A DNA stretch of 64,000 nt from Mobula hypostoma (Eukaryota): the NCBI RefSeq assembly GCF_963921235.1, contig NC_086097.1, positions 199,084,001-199,148,000 of the forward strand, written 5' to 3'. Positions 25,761 to 39,244 of the stretch are shown piece by piece. The notes beneath the pieces were generated by a model. That model ran no database searches and was not told where the DNA came from. It saw nothing but the letters and a program-made list of their open reading frames with translations. Numbering within the stretch: the first letter of the stretch is position 1; each line of letters starts with the position of its first letter. Both the position numbers and the translations under genes were made by a program.

Positions 25761-26499
25761 GTGTACTTGTGTCCAACAATTATGCAAGTTCCTTAGTCTT
25801 GGCTCCTGCAATTTTTTCTCTGACCTCCCAGAGTATTTTTGGATATATTTGGTCAGGCTCTGGAGATTTTTATTAACCTGTTTTTATGGCAAATTGAAGA
25901 TGGTATTGAGGCCATTATCTGCTCTTGCATTAAAATAAAAAATGTCATCTCCTTTGCTGTCAATTTCCATTCCACTATCATCTTTACATAGTCCATCTCT
26001 AATTCATCTCTCCTTTAAGCTCTCTACCCTCATTTAATGGCCACAGACTCGAACAACTCTTTTGCTGCCACCATGCTGACCAAAGCTTCCAGTGTGACTC
26101 AATGTGTCTCAGTTAGGGATTCCCCTTCACCACATTGGAAATGACCCCAAAGTGTGTCTGCATTTGGAGCAGATAAGGCATCTTAGATGAATGAAATGGG
26201 TATCAGACCCGGGACATTCCTACTATTAATGTTTTGAGGTCTGCTACAGGCGCTTTCCAATGACATCAAACAGTTGGGTTAAAAAAAATCAATGTTGCTA
26301 TTGCTTCAGCATTAAAACATCAATAGAGATGATTTTTCATTCTCAACTCAGTGACATGATTTTTTTTTTAGGAACAGATCCTCTGTAGAGTTGAATGTGC
26401 AAACAGAGAAAATACGCAGGGCTGAGGTATCCAGCCCTCAAGACCAAAAGTTTTAGCAGCAAGAGCAACATGCTGGAAGAACACAGTGGGACAGGCTGC

Positions 26500-29400
26500 A
26501 TAACATAAGACATAGGAGCAGAATTAGGCTATCCAGCACATCAAGTCTGTGCCGTCATTTCATCATGGCTGACCCTGGATCCCATTCAACTCCATACGCC
26601 TACCCTCTCACCATATCCCTTGATGCCCAGACCAATCAGGAATCTATTAACTTGTGCTTTAAATACACCAACAGTCTTGGCCTCCACTGTAGTGGCAGTG
26701 CGTACCACAGATTCACGACTCTTTGGCTAAAAAAACTCCTCCTTACTTCTGTTATACAAGGTTGCCCCTCAATATTAATGCTGTACCCTCTAGTTCTTGA
26801 CACCCTTACCAGAGCAAACATCCTCTCCACATCCACCTTATCTAGTCCTTTCAACGTTCAATAGGTTTCAATGAGATCTGCCTGCATTCTTCTAAATTCC
26901 AGTGAGTACAGGCCCTAAGCTGCGACATGCTCCTCATGTGTTAACCATTTCATTCCCAGAATCATCCTCGTGACCTTCCACTGGACTCTCTCCAATGACA
27001 ATGAATCCTTTCTGAGATAAGGGGCCCAAACTGATGACAATACTCCTAGTGCAGCCTGACTAGTGTCTCATAAAGTATAAAGTATAAAGTAAATCTTCAG
27101 CATTATCTCCTTATTATTATATTCCATTCCCCTTGACATGAATGCCAACATTGCATTTGCCTTCTTTACCACAGACTCAACCAGTGAATTAACCTTCTGG
27201 GCATCTTGCATGAGCACTCCCATGTCCCTCTACACCTTTGATGTTTGAATTTTCTCCCCATTCAGATGATACTCTGCACTATTGTTCCTTTTAACAAAAT
27301 GCTTCCTAACACTGAATTCCATCTGCTACTTTTTTGCCCATTCTTCCAATTTGTCTAAATCCTACTGCAGTCACATTGCTTCCTCAGCACTATCTATCTC
27401 TCCACCTATCTTCATATCATCTGCAAACTTTGCCACAAAGCCACCAATTCCACTTTCTAAATCATTGACAAGCAATGTGAGAAGTAGCAGTCCCAATAAT
27501 GACCACTGAGGAACATCACTAGTCACTGGCAGCCAACCAGAAAAGGCCCCCTTTATTCCCACACACTGCCTCCTGCCTGTCAGCTATCCCTCTATCCATG
27601 CCAGTATCTTTCCTGTAACGCTATAGGATTATATCTTGTTTAGCTGCCTCGTGTGAGGCACCTTATCAAATGCCTTCTGAAAATCCACTGCTTCTCCTTT
27701 GTCCTCCCTGCTTGTTACTTCCTCAATGAACTACCAGATTTGTCAGGCAAAATTTCCCTTTACAGAAACCGTTTTGACATTGACTTATTTTATCATTAGT
27801 CTCTTAGTACCCTGAAACCTCTTCCTTAATAATGGACTCCAACACTTTCCCAATCACTGAAGTTAAGCTAACTGGCCTATAATTTCCTTTCTTTTGCTTT
27901 CCTCCCTTAAAGAGTGGGGTAACATTTGCAATTTTCCAGTCCTTTGGGACCATGCTAGAATCAAGTGATTCTTGAAAGATCATGACCATTATCTCTTCAG
28001 CAACCTCTTTCAGGACTCTGGGATGCAGTTCATCTGGCCCAGGTGTCTTATCCACCTTAAGACATTTCAGTTTTCCTTTGTAGTAGCAATGGCACTCACT
28101 CCTGCTCCCTGACATTCACAGACTTCTGGCATACTGCTAGTGTCTTCCACAGTAAAGACTGAAGCAAAGTACTTATTAAGTTCATCTGCCATTTCTTTGT
28201 CCCCCATTACTATCTCACCAGCATCATTTTCCAGTGTTCCAATATCAACTCTCACCACCCTTGTATTCTTTATATAACTGAAAAAAACTTTTATTATCCT
28301 GCTTTATATTATTGGCTAGTTTGTCCCCATATTTCATCTTTTTCCTTCTTATAGCTTTTTTAGTTGCCTTTTATTGGATTTAAAGCTTCCCAATCATCCA
28401 ACTCCCACTCGCTTTTGCTACATTATATGCCCTTTCCTTGGCTTTGATGCAGTCCTTAACTTAGCCACGGTTGCCTACCCCTGCCGTCTGAGAACTTCTT
28501 CTTCTGTGGGATATAGAAACATAGAACATAGAAACATAGAAAACCTACAGCACAATACAGGCCCTTCGGCCCACAAAGCTGTGCTGAACATGTCCTTACC
28601 TTAGAACTACCTAGGCTTATCCATAGCCCTCTATCTTTCTAAGCTCCATATATCCATCCAGGAGTCTCTTAAAAGATCCTATCATTCCCACCTCCACCAC
28701 CTTACTCACTTACCTCTGACACCTCCTCCGTACCTACTTCCAAGCACCTTAAAACTATGGCCTCTTGTGTTAACCATTTCAGCTCTGGAAAAATGCCTCT
28801 GACTATCCACACAATCCATGCCTCTCATTATCTATCCTGCACTTTGTGAACTATTCCCAGAAACTTCAGTCAACTCTGCTCTGCCATCATCTCCGCCAGT
28901 ATCCTCCTCCAATCCACCTAGGCAAGCTCCTCTCTCATGCCTCTGGAATTCCCTTTATTCCACTGTGATACTGATACGTGTGACTTATGCTTCTCCCTTT
29001 CAAATTGCAGTATGAATTCAATCATATTATGATCACTGCCTCCTAAGGATTCCTTTACGTTCAGCTCCCTAATAAAACATGGTTTATTACACAACAACCA
29101 ATCTAAGATAGCCATTCCCCTAGTAGGCTCAAGCACAAGCTGCTCTAAAAAACCATCTCCAGAGCATTCGACACATTCCCTCCCTTGCAATTCAACACCA
29201 ACCTGATTTTCCCAATCCCCTTGCATATTGAATTCCCTCATTAGAATTGTGACATTACCTTTATTACATGCCATCCAGCTCCCTTTGCAATCTCAACCCC
29301 ACATCTTGGCTACTATTTGGAGGCCTATATATGCTTCCCATAATGTTTTTTTGACTCTTGCAGGTTCTTAACTCTACCCACAAAGATTCAACATTCTCTG

Positions 29401-30975
29401 ACCCTCTGTCACCTCTTTCTAAGGACTTAATTCCATCTCTTACCCCTAGAACCACACTATTGCCTATGCCTTCCTGACTAGGCAAAGTATATCCTTTGAT
29501 GTTAAACTCCCAACTATGACCTTCCTTCAGCCATGACTCAGTGATGCCGACAACATCTTACTAACCAATCTCTAATTGCACCATGAGTTTGTTCACCTTA
29601 TTCCGAATGCTATGTGCATTTAAATACAACACCTTCAGTCCTGCATTCTTTGCTCTTTTGAATTTTGCCTCTGTGGTACTATTTAACTCTTTGCTCTGCC
29701 TGCAGTTGTACCCGATCACTGGCTTATCTTTCTTTACATTCATATTACATATTACGTCATCTACCTGTAAACCTGCTGGTTCATCCTCAACTCTGTGATA
29801 CTAATTCCCACCCCCAGCCATATTAGCTTAAACCACTCCCAACAGCTCTAGCAAACCTGCCCACAAGGATATGGTCCCTCTTGGATTCAACAGCAACCCA
29901 TCCCTTTTTGTACAAGTCCCACCTGCCCCAGAATAGGTCCCAATGATCCATAAATCTGAATCCCAGCCCCCTGCCCCAATTCTTTAGCCACGAATTTAAA
30001 CCCTCACCTCATTCTATTCCTAGCCTCACTGTCCCAAGATTACTACCCTTGAGGTCCTGCTTCTCAGCTTCTTTCCTAACTCCCTGTATTCTGTTTGCAG
30101 GACCTCCTCCTTTTTTCTACCTATGTCATTGGTACCAATATATACCATGACTTTTGGCTACTCCCCTCCCTTTTCAGGATTTTGTGGACACTTTCAGAAA
30201 CGTCGCGGACCCTGGCACCTGGGAGACAAACTACCATCTATGTTTCCTTTTTGCATTCACAAAATCACCTACCTGTCTCCTCACTATAGAATCCTCTATT
30301 TCTGCTGCCATCCTCTTCAGTTCCCTGCCCTCTCTGAGCCACAGGGACAGACTCAGTGCGTGAGGCATGGCCACTGTTGCTTCCCCCAACTATGCCATCC
30401 CCACTCCCCCCCCCAACAGTACTCAAAATGGTGTACTTATTGTTGAGTGGGACAGCCACAGGGGTGCTCTCCACTATCTGACGTTCTCCTTTCCCTCTCT
30501 TGACAGTCACCCATTTAGCTGTCTCCTATACCCTTGTGGTGACTACCTCCCTGTAGCCCCTGTCTATCACCTCTTCACTTTCCCTAACAAGCTGAAGGTC
30601 ATCGAGCTGCATCTCCAGTTCCTTAACACGGTCTCTAAGGAACTGTATCTCGATGCTCCTGGTGCAGATGTAGCCATCGGAGAGGCTGGTAGTCTCTTGG
30701 AAATCCCATATCTGATGTCCAGATCAGAACACTGGCTCTGCAGACATATTCCCTATTCTCTCAAGAGTTAATTCAAAAAAAAAGAAATAAGAAATAGGGA
30801 ATGAACTTCTGTACTTACCTTGCATCTGTCTGTTCTTGCCGAAGCCTTGTTGAGCCAAAGCCTTACTACTCTGACTCAGACCACTCTGACGACAACTGCT
30901 CCCACAATGACCGCTCCACAATGGTACCTCCCTTTTATAGAGACTGGGTTTTTAAAGCTCTACACTGGACCCATG
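26500..30975 (-). mobile_element. Second near-full-length CR1 LINE (older), with a nested CR1 3' fragment at ~28515-28830
   Basis: Colinear with the 15981-20390 copy: ORF1 remnants, LNAHSIRNK, IYRPPNS, YRPVSLTS, KFADD, RSFFSQRVVNLW. The nested piece has a (gaaacata)n tail. Confidence 0.92.
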
Positions 30976-31269
30976 TGGGAATGCTTCTGTTGTGTCTGTG
31001 CAATAGACTGCATAGCATCTGTGGAGGCAAAAGGTGTGGTTCAATATTTTGGGTTGCCATTATATAGGAATATCTAGGGGGCTGGGATAGAGTCTAACAG
31101 ATGAACAAGAGAGGGAGGGATGATATGCAGATGGAACCAGATGGGGGAATGGAGGTGGGACAGAAGCTAGGAAGTGATAGCTGGAATCAGATGGGGAGAA
31201 GAAATCCAAGTGGACAGGTAAGTGTGTGGGGCAGGTATCTCTGGGACGTGAGTTACTTGAAATAGAAAA

Positions 31270-31780
31270 CTGATAAGACCATAAGATATAGGAGCAGAAT
31301 TAGGCCATTTGGTCCATCAAGTCTCCTCCACCATTCCATCATTGCTGGAAGAGAGCCCAAAAATCCAAAAATCTCATGCCCTCCCTCCTACATTTACTTC
31401 TTAGCCACTTATTTAACTGTACAATCTTCCTAGTTCTAGCCTCACTAGGACATGGCATGGGTAGCAATCCTGAGATCACATCCCTGGAGGTCCTGCCCTT
31501 TAACTTAACAATTTACTTGTTGAACTCCTTATGCAGAACTTGGTCACTCATCCTACCCATGTCATTGGTACTTATATGGACCATAACTTCTGGCAGTTCA
31601 CCCTTCCATTTAACAATGCTGAGGACTTGATCTGTGATGTCTCATACCCTGGCACCCGGGAGGCAACATGCCACCTGGGAATCTCATTCTCTCTCACAGA
31701 ACTCCCTGTCTGGTCCCCTAACTAATGAATCCCTTATCACTAAAACATGCCTCTTCTCCCCACTTCCCTTCTGAGTCACA
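31270..31780 (-). mobile_element. CR1 fragments (3' tail plus ORF1 esterase remnant)
   Basis: taagaccataagatataggagcagaattaggcc tail; 31370-31780 aligns with 19190-19600. Confidence 0.7.
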
Positions 31781-31959
31781 GCGCAATATTCATACCAAAT
31801 GACTATCAACTTCCCAAGCAGAACTTCGTTCTTCCAATTTCTGATTGATCTCTCTGTAGTAAAGGAGAAACAAGGACAAACAAGTTGGTGTGGGAATGGG
31901 GAATAGAATTAAAATAGCATACTATTTGATCCTCAAGATGGCAATTGTGGACAAAGCGC

Positions 31960-32265
31960 ATATGTTTTATTTGTCACATTTACATCAGAGCATACAGGAA
32001 GATGCATTGTTTATGTCAAATCAAATCTGTGAGGATTCTGATGGCCAGTCCCAAAAAGCAGCCACACTTACAGTGCTACAATAGCATTCACACAATTCAC
32101 TAACCCTAAGTGTGTGTCTTTGGAATGTGGGAGGAAACTGGAGCACCTGGAGGAAACCCATGTGGTCACGGGGAGAATGGACAAACTTCTTACAGATGGG
32201 GCAAATCGAAGCCTGATCTTACAGCTCGCCTCATAAAGTGATTGTGCTAACCATGACACTACACT
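31960..32265 (-). mobile_element. V-SINE/HE1-like SINE inside a degenerate PLE fragment
   Basis: Core gtctttggaatgtgggaggaaactggagcacctggaggaaaccca...ggagaatggacaaact. Flanks (31890-31960, 32270-32420) resemble PLE endonuclease DNA. Confidence 0.7.
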
Positions 32266-34492
32266 GCTGCACAAGTTAGGGGTCACATTGTGAGCACTGA
32301 ATAAAGTGGGCCAAGTGCAGCGAACCTCTGCTTCACTTGGAAGGGCTAATTAGCTCCTTGCACGGCTGTGAGGGGGAAGGTGAAAGGAGAGTTGTTGAAG
32401 CTGCTTTGATTGCAGGGGAAAGTTGCTTTCATATGAGGTGATCTATGAGAAAGTGAACAACTATCAAAGGGGAAACGTAAGCTAGTACAAAATGAATCCT
32501 TGCAGTTGAACCAGAACAAAGGACTGAAAAAAAAAGAGGATGCACTTCTGTATGAACAGCAGTCTGGGAATATTAAGTCCAAGGACTTTGCCAGGTCAGG
32601 AAAAGAATGGAGATTGGGAAAAGGGATAAATTAGGATTGAAAATGATTACAATGAGATACATGAGGAAGAATTTTAAAAAGTGCATGTCATATAGCAGAT
32701 AGATACAATAATGTCAGCAAAGAAAACAAAAGATTGCATGGATATAAGAAAAAGAATTTTCCACCACACAATAGAGAGAAGTAAAACCAAGAATGAAATA
32801 AAGAAACTAATCAGGAAATTTAGAGAAAGTTTAGAAATTTAAAGGAAAAGGAGACCAACAGTGGAATGCTAGAAAAGCAGACACTCCATTCACCTCCCCT
32901 TTTATTTTTCACTCTCCTGTAGTACAGGATAGAAAAGATAATGGATGTGTGTCATTTAATTTTTACATAGACAAAGAAGTGTGGAATTGCTACCCATCTG
33001 ATGAGCCAACTGGATTTTGTTTTGATCAGTGTCTTATGATTTTTCATTGGGTGTCTCTTGGTCTCTCTTGCTCTTTTCCCAGAGTTATAAGGGAAACGAA
33101 AGGAGACACTAGGGATCTTTTATTTAAATTACTTGCTCAATCTTCACAAGCTTTAACACGTATCAAAGATAATTTGGAAGAAGAGTGCTCCCAGTAATGA
33201 CTAATGGCCACAGGGAGCTTACTGAGAGAATTGTTGCATATAAATTCAAAGATTTTCAGCTTTTAATTAAAAAGTAGTTTAGAAAGACAACTTTCAAGCT
33301 GTCACTGGGGAAACAAGTGCAGAATTACCTTAGAACAGAGAGGATCCCAAGTAACCATTGTTATTTTTCTAACTAACCTCATTTCTGGTTAATAGTATTA
33401 ACTGACTGGTATTAATGAATGTAAGCTGAGTTGAGGAGTGACCCATCAGCAAGAGGGATTCATTAGAAAGAGCCAAAAAAATAGCACAGCTGCAATCAGA
33501 GTGGCCGTTCTTTGAGTGTCCTGTGTTTAGAGCGGCTTTGCCTTATCAGGCTAAGGTAATTAAGGTTAAGAATCTGGTAGGCGTCTCACCTTCAGTCATT
33601 ATTTGTTCATTCTTCATCTGTTAGAGCAGAGTAGTATAGTGGGAATGGCTCCAGGGGTACTGTTTTATACCCTATGTGTGATGTGGGAAGTCTGGGAGAC
33701 CTCCAGTCTCCCAGATAAACACAGCTGCATCAGATGTACAGAGCTGTGGTTCCTGAGAGAATGTATTAAGGAACTGGAGCTGCAGCTTGATGACCTTTGA
33801 CTCATATGGAAGAAAGAGAAGGTGATAGGAACTACAGGGAGGTAGTCACCCCTATATTGCAGGAGACAGGTAACTGGGTGACTGTCAAGAGAAAGAGGGG
33901 AAATATACAGCCAGTATTCTTGTACAATAGTAAGTATACAACTTTCAATACTATTGAGGGGTTGACCTTCTAGGGGAGCCACAGTGATCGCTTCTCTGGC
34001 ACTGAGTCTGGTGCTCGTTCTCCCATATGACACAAAGGTCATCAAGCTGAAGAGCAGAGAGGTGGAGAGGACTGCTGTGTTGATGGGTGATTCCTACGCA
34101 GAGGAACAGAGATGAGGCCCTGTGGGTGCAATAGAGACACCCAGATGGCATGTTGCCTCCTTGGTGCCAGGATCAAGGATGTCTCAAATCAGGTCCTCAA
34201 GGGTGAAGGTAAGCAGCCATAAGTCTTGTTGCATATTGGCACCAATGAGATAAGTAGACAAGCTGAGGGGTCCTGAAGTGAGATTTTAGGGAACTAGGTA
34301 GAAAGCTGAGAAACTGGACCTCCAGGGTTGTAATCTCTGGATTGCTGACTGTGCCATATGCCAGTGAGGGTAAGAATAGGATGATTTGGCAGGTGAATGT
34401 GTGGCTGTGGAACTGGTGCAGGGTGCAGAGGCTCTGATTTATGGATCATTACGATCTCTTCTGAGGAAGGTATGACCTGTACAAAAGGGATA

Positions 34493-35524
34493 GAAACATA
34501 GAAACATAGAAAATAGGTGCAGGAGTAGGCCATTCGGCCCTTCGAGCCTGCACCGCCATTTATTATGATCATGGCTGATCATCCAACTCAGAACCCAGCC
34601 TTCCCTCCATACCCCGTGACCCCTGTAGCCACAAGGGCCATATCTAACTTCCTTTTAAACATAGCTAATGAACTGGCCTCAACAGTTTGCTGTGGCAGAG
34701 AATTCCACAGATTCACCACTCTCTGTGTGAAGAAGTTTTTCCTAACCTCGGTCCTAAAAGGCTTCCCCTCTATCCTCAAACTGTGACCCCTCGTTCTAGA
34801 CCTCCCCAACATCGGGAACAATCTTCCCGCATCTAGCCTGTCCAATCCCTTTAGGATCTTATACGTTTCAATCAGATCCCCCCTCAATCTTCTAAATTCC
34901 AACGAGTACAAGCCCAGTTCATCCAGTCTTTCTTCATATGAAAGACCTGCCATCCCAGGAATCAATCTGGTGAACCTTCTTTGTACTCCCTCTATGGCAA
35001 GGATGTCTTTCCTCAGATTAGGGGACCAAAACTGCACACAATACTCCAGGTGTGGTCTCACCAAGGCCTTGTACAACTGCAGTAGTACCTCCCTGCTCCT
35101 GTACTCGAATCCTCTCGCTATAAATGCCAGCATACCGTTCGCCTTTTTCACCGCCTGCTGTACCTGCATGCCCACTTTCAATGACTGGTGTATAATGACA
35201 CCCAGGTCTCGTTGCACCTCCCCTTTTCCTAATCGGCCACCATTCAGATAATAATCTGTTTTCCTATTTTTGCCACCAAAGTGGATAACTTCACATTTAT
35301 CCACATTAAATTGCATCTGCCATGAGTTTGCCCACTCACCCAACCTATCCAAGTCACCCTGCATCCTCTTAGCATCCTCCTCACTGCTAACACTGCCACC
35401 CAGCTTCGTGTCATCCGCAAACTTGGAGATGCTGCATTTAATTCCCTCATCCAAGTCATTAATATATATTGTAAACAACTGGGGTCCCAGCACTGAGCCT
35501 TGCGGTACCCCACTAGTCACCGCC
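34493..35524 (-). mobile_element. Young 5'-truncated CR1 LINE, nearly identical to the 7274 copy
   Basis: Uninterrupted 310-aa ORF2 C-terminus (GVPQGSVLGP, KFADDTK) and (gaaacata)n tail; interrupts host ORF1 at aaaagggatag. Confidence 0.95.
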
Positions 35525-36420
35525 TAGTGTCACAACTGAACATGAAGGGGTCCAATATTCCTACAAATGGGTTGGCTTGAGTTGTTTGGGAGGGTTTAAA
35601 CTTATTTGGCAGGGGGATGGGAATCAGAATGATAGTGCTGAAGGTGAGGTTGTTAATAGGGTCAACAGGATGATTTGCAATGTAAAAGGTGGACAAATTC
35701 AAAAAGTGTATATAGGACTGAAGGTGTTATATCTGAATGCATGCAATATATGGAACAAGATAGAGGAGCTTGCAGCACAGTTACAGATTGACATTTATGA
35801 TGTTATAGGCATCATGGAATCATGGCTGAAAGATTATAGCTGGGAGCTTAATGTCCAAAGATACACATTGTATCAAAAAGACAGGCAATTGTGCAGAGAG
35901 GGTGGTGTTGCTTTTCTGGTTTAAAAAAAAAATGAAATCAAACCATTAAGAAGTGATGTAGGATCAGAAAATGTTGAATCATTATGGACAGTGCTCAGGA
36001 ACTGCAAGGGTAAGAAGACCCTGATGGGAATTGTATACAGACCCCCAAACAGTATGAAGGACATGATCCACAAATTACACTGGGAGATAGAAAACACATG
36101 CCAAAAGGGCAATGTTACAATAGTCATGGGGGATTTTAATATGCAGGTAGACTGGGAATATCAGTTTGTGTTGGATTCCAGGAGGGGGAATTTCTAGGAC
36201 ACCTACAAGATGGCTTTTTAAAGCAACTCATGGTTGAGCCCACAAGGGGATCAGCTATTCTGGATTGGGTGTTGTGCAATGACCCAGAATTGATTATAGA
36301 GCTTCAGGTAAAATAGCCCTTAGAGGCAAGTGATCATAATATGATATCAAATTTCAGGGTGAATTCAAAGGAGAAGCTAAAGTCAGATGAATCAGCATTA
36401 CAGTGGAGTAAAGAGAATTA

Positions 36421-36906
36421 CGAGGGGTGATTGATAAGTTTGTGGTCCAAGGTAGAAGGAGTCAATTTTAGAAAACCTAGCATATTTATTTTTTCTACAT
36501 TTACACACTTAGTCCAGCGATCGTGGAGCATACAGATCCCTTCTTTGTAGAAGTCGGCATCTTGGACCTCCAGAAGTGGTCCACAGCAGGGGTGATTGAT
36601 AAGTTCATAGCCTCAGGTAGAAGGAGATGAGTTATACAGGTCTTGTTATATACACATGCAGTTCAACTCTTTGAGTGGTAATTCAGAAAGTTTGAAGTTA
36701 ATAACTCATCTCCTTCTACCTTTGGCCACGAACTTATCAATCACCCCTGCTGTGGACCACTTCTATAAAGAAGAGATCTGTATGCTCCACTACCGCTGGA
36801 CTAAGTGTGTACATGTAAGAGGAGACTACGTTGAAAAATAATTGTGCTAGGTTTTCTAAAATTGACTCCTTCTCCCTTAGGCCACGAACTTATCACTCAC
36901 CCTTCA
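36421..36906. mobile_element. Mariner-type MITE with TA TSD
   Basis: TIR cgaggggtgattgataagtt ... aacttatcactcacccttca; TA at 36419-36420 and 36907-36908. The paralogous CR1 site (reverse complement of ~18150-18175, ggaaatTAcagtggc) has a single TA. Confidence 0.92.
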
Positions 36907-39047
36907 TACAGAGGTATGAGTGAGGAGTTGCCAGAATTGAGTGAAAAAGAACATTGGCAGGGATGACATCATAACAGTAATGCCTGATTTTCTGGAAGCA
37001 TTTGGAAGGCACGTGATACAGACATCGCAACAAGGAAGAAGTATTTAAAGACAAGAAAATGTAACAATGGCTAACAAGAGCAAGCAAAGCCAACATAAAA
37101 GCCAAAGAGAGGATATATAATAGAGCAAAAATTAGTGGGAAGCTGGAAGATTGGAAAGCTTTTAAAAGCCAACAAAAGGCAATGAAAAATGTCATTAAGA
37201 ACATAATGATGCAGTATGAAAGTAAGTGAGCCAATAATATCAAAGAGGATACCAAAAGTTTCTTCAGATATATAAAGTGTAAATGAGGCAAGAGTGGATA
37301 ACGGACTGCTGGAAAATCATGCTGGAGAGGTAGTAAGGAAGGACAAGGACATGGCGGATGAACTATGGAAGGCACTAGCAGTATGGTGGAAGTTCCAGGT
37401 GTCGGGGGCATGAGGTGTGTGAAGTTACCACTACTAGGGAGAATGTTCTTTGGAAACTGAAATATCTGAAGGTAGATAAGTCACTTAGACCATATGGTGT
37501 ACACTGCAGGGTTCTGAAACTTGTGGCTAAAGAGATTGTGGAGGCATTAGCAGTGATCTTGCGGAATCACGAGATTCTGGAATCATTCTGAAAGACTTGC
37601 AAATTGTGAATATCAGACCACTCTTCAAGAAGGGAGAGAGGAACAAGTGAGGAAACTATAGGTCAGTCAGTCTGATCTCAGTGGTTGGGAAGATGTTGGG
37701 GTTGATTATTAAGGATGCAATCTCATGGTACTTGGAGGCACATGATAAAATAGGCCATAGTCAGCATGGTTTCCTCAAGGGAAAACCTTGCCAGACAAAT
37801 CTGTTGGACTTCTTTGAAGAAATATCAAGCAGGGTAGACAAACGAGAGTGGGTTGATGTTTTGTAGTTGGATTTTCACAAGGCCTTTGTCAAGGTAGCAC
37901 ACGTGAGGTTGCTTAACAAGCTACGAGCCCATGGTATTACAGGAAAGATTCTAGTGAGGATAAGGGAGTTGCTGTTTGGCAGGAGGCAAAGAGTGGGAAT
38001 AAAGGGAGGTTTTTCTGGTTGGCTGCTGGTCTTTGGGACCATTTTTTTAATGCTATATGCCAATGATTTGGATGATGGGAATTGATGGCTTAGTTGTAAA
38101 GTTTGCAGACGATATGAAGACAGGTGGAGGGGCAGGTAGTTTTGAGGAAGCAGAGAGACTAGAGAAGGACAGATAAGGAAAATGGGCAAAGAAGTGACAG
38201 AAACAAAAGAAAATCTCTGGATACTGGAAATCTAAGCAACACACGCAATATGCTGGAGGAACTCAGCAGGCTAGGCAACATCTATGGAAAAAAGGACAGC
38301 TGACATTTCAGGCCAAAACCCTTCGACAGGACTGGAGAAGAAAAACTGAGGAGCAGATTTGAAAGGTGGGGGGAGGGGAGAGAGAAACACCAGACGATGG
38401 GTGAAACTTGGAGATGGAGGGATGAAGCAAAGAGCTAAGAAAGTTGATTAGTGAAAGAAACAGAAGGCCATGGAAGAAAGAAAAAAGAGTGGGGGGGGAA
38501 GGTAGCATCAGAGGGAGGCGAGGGGCAGGCAAGGTGGTAATATGAAAGGCGGAAACGGGGATGGGAAATGAAAAGGGAGGTGGCATTAGTGGAAATTTGA
38601 GAAATTGAAGTTCATGCCGTCAGGTTGGAAGCGACACAAACCAAATATAATGTGTTATTCTTCCAACATAAGTGTGGTCTCAACACAACAGTGAAGAAAG
38701 CCATGGATGGACATATCGGAGTGGGAATGGAAAGTGGAATTAAAATGGTTGGCCACAGGAAGATCCCGCTTGTTCTGGCGGACGGAGCGTAGGTGCTCGG
38801 CGACTCAGTCTCCCAATCTACGTCGGGTCTCACCAGTATACAGGAGGACACACTGGGAGCACCGAACACAATATATGACCCCAACAGACCCTCAGGTGAA
38901 GTGTTGCCTCACTTGGAAGGACTGTTTGGGGCTCTGAGGAAGGAGGTGTAGGGGCAGGTGTAGCACTTGTTTGGCTTGCAAGGATAAATGCCAGGTGGGA
39001 GGTCAGTGGGGAGGGACGCATGGACAAGGGAGTCACTTAGGGAGCGA

Positions 39048-39244
39048 AAACACAAAATAATCTGCAGCTGCTGGGGTCAAAGCAACACTCACAACACGCT
39101 GGAGGAACTCAGCAGGTTGGGCAGCATCCGTGGAAAAGATCGGTCGATGTTTCGGTCCTGATAAAGGGTTCCGGCCCGAAACATCGACCGATCTTTTCCA
39201 CGGATGCTGCCTGACCTGCTGAGTTCCTCCAGCGTGTTGTGAGT
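39048..39244. mobile_element. ~200-bp palindromic PLE-derived mini-element with 16-bp TSD
   Basis: ~70-bp near-perfect inverted arms. TSD gtcacttagggag[c/a]ga at 39032-39047 and 39245-39260. Central hammerhead motif. Confidence 0.9.
39153..39190 (+). ncRNA. Minimal hammerhead ribozyme motif, variant subfamily
   Basis: CGGTC-CTGATAA-AGGGTTCCGGCCC-GAAA-CA-TC-GACCG. Stem I is GGTC/GACC here versus AGTC/GACT in the other copies (compensatory change). Confidence 0.72.
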
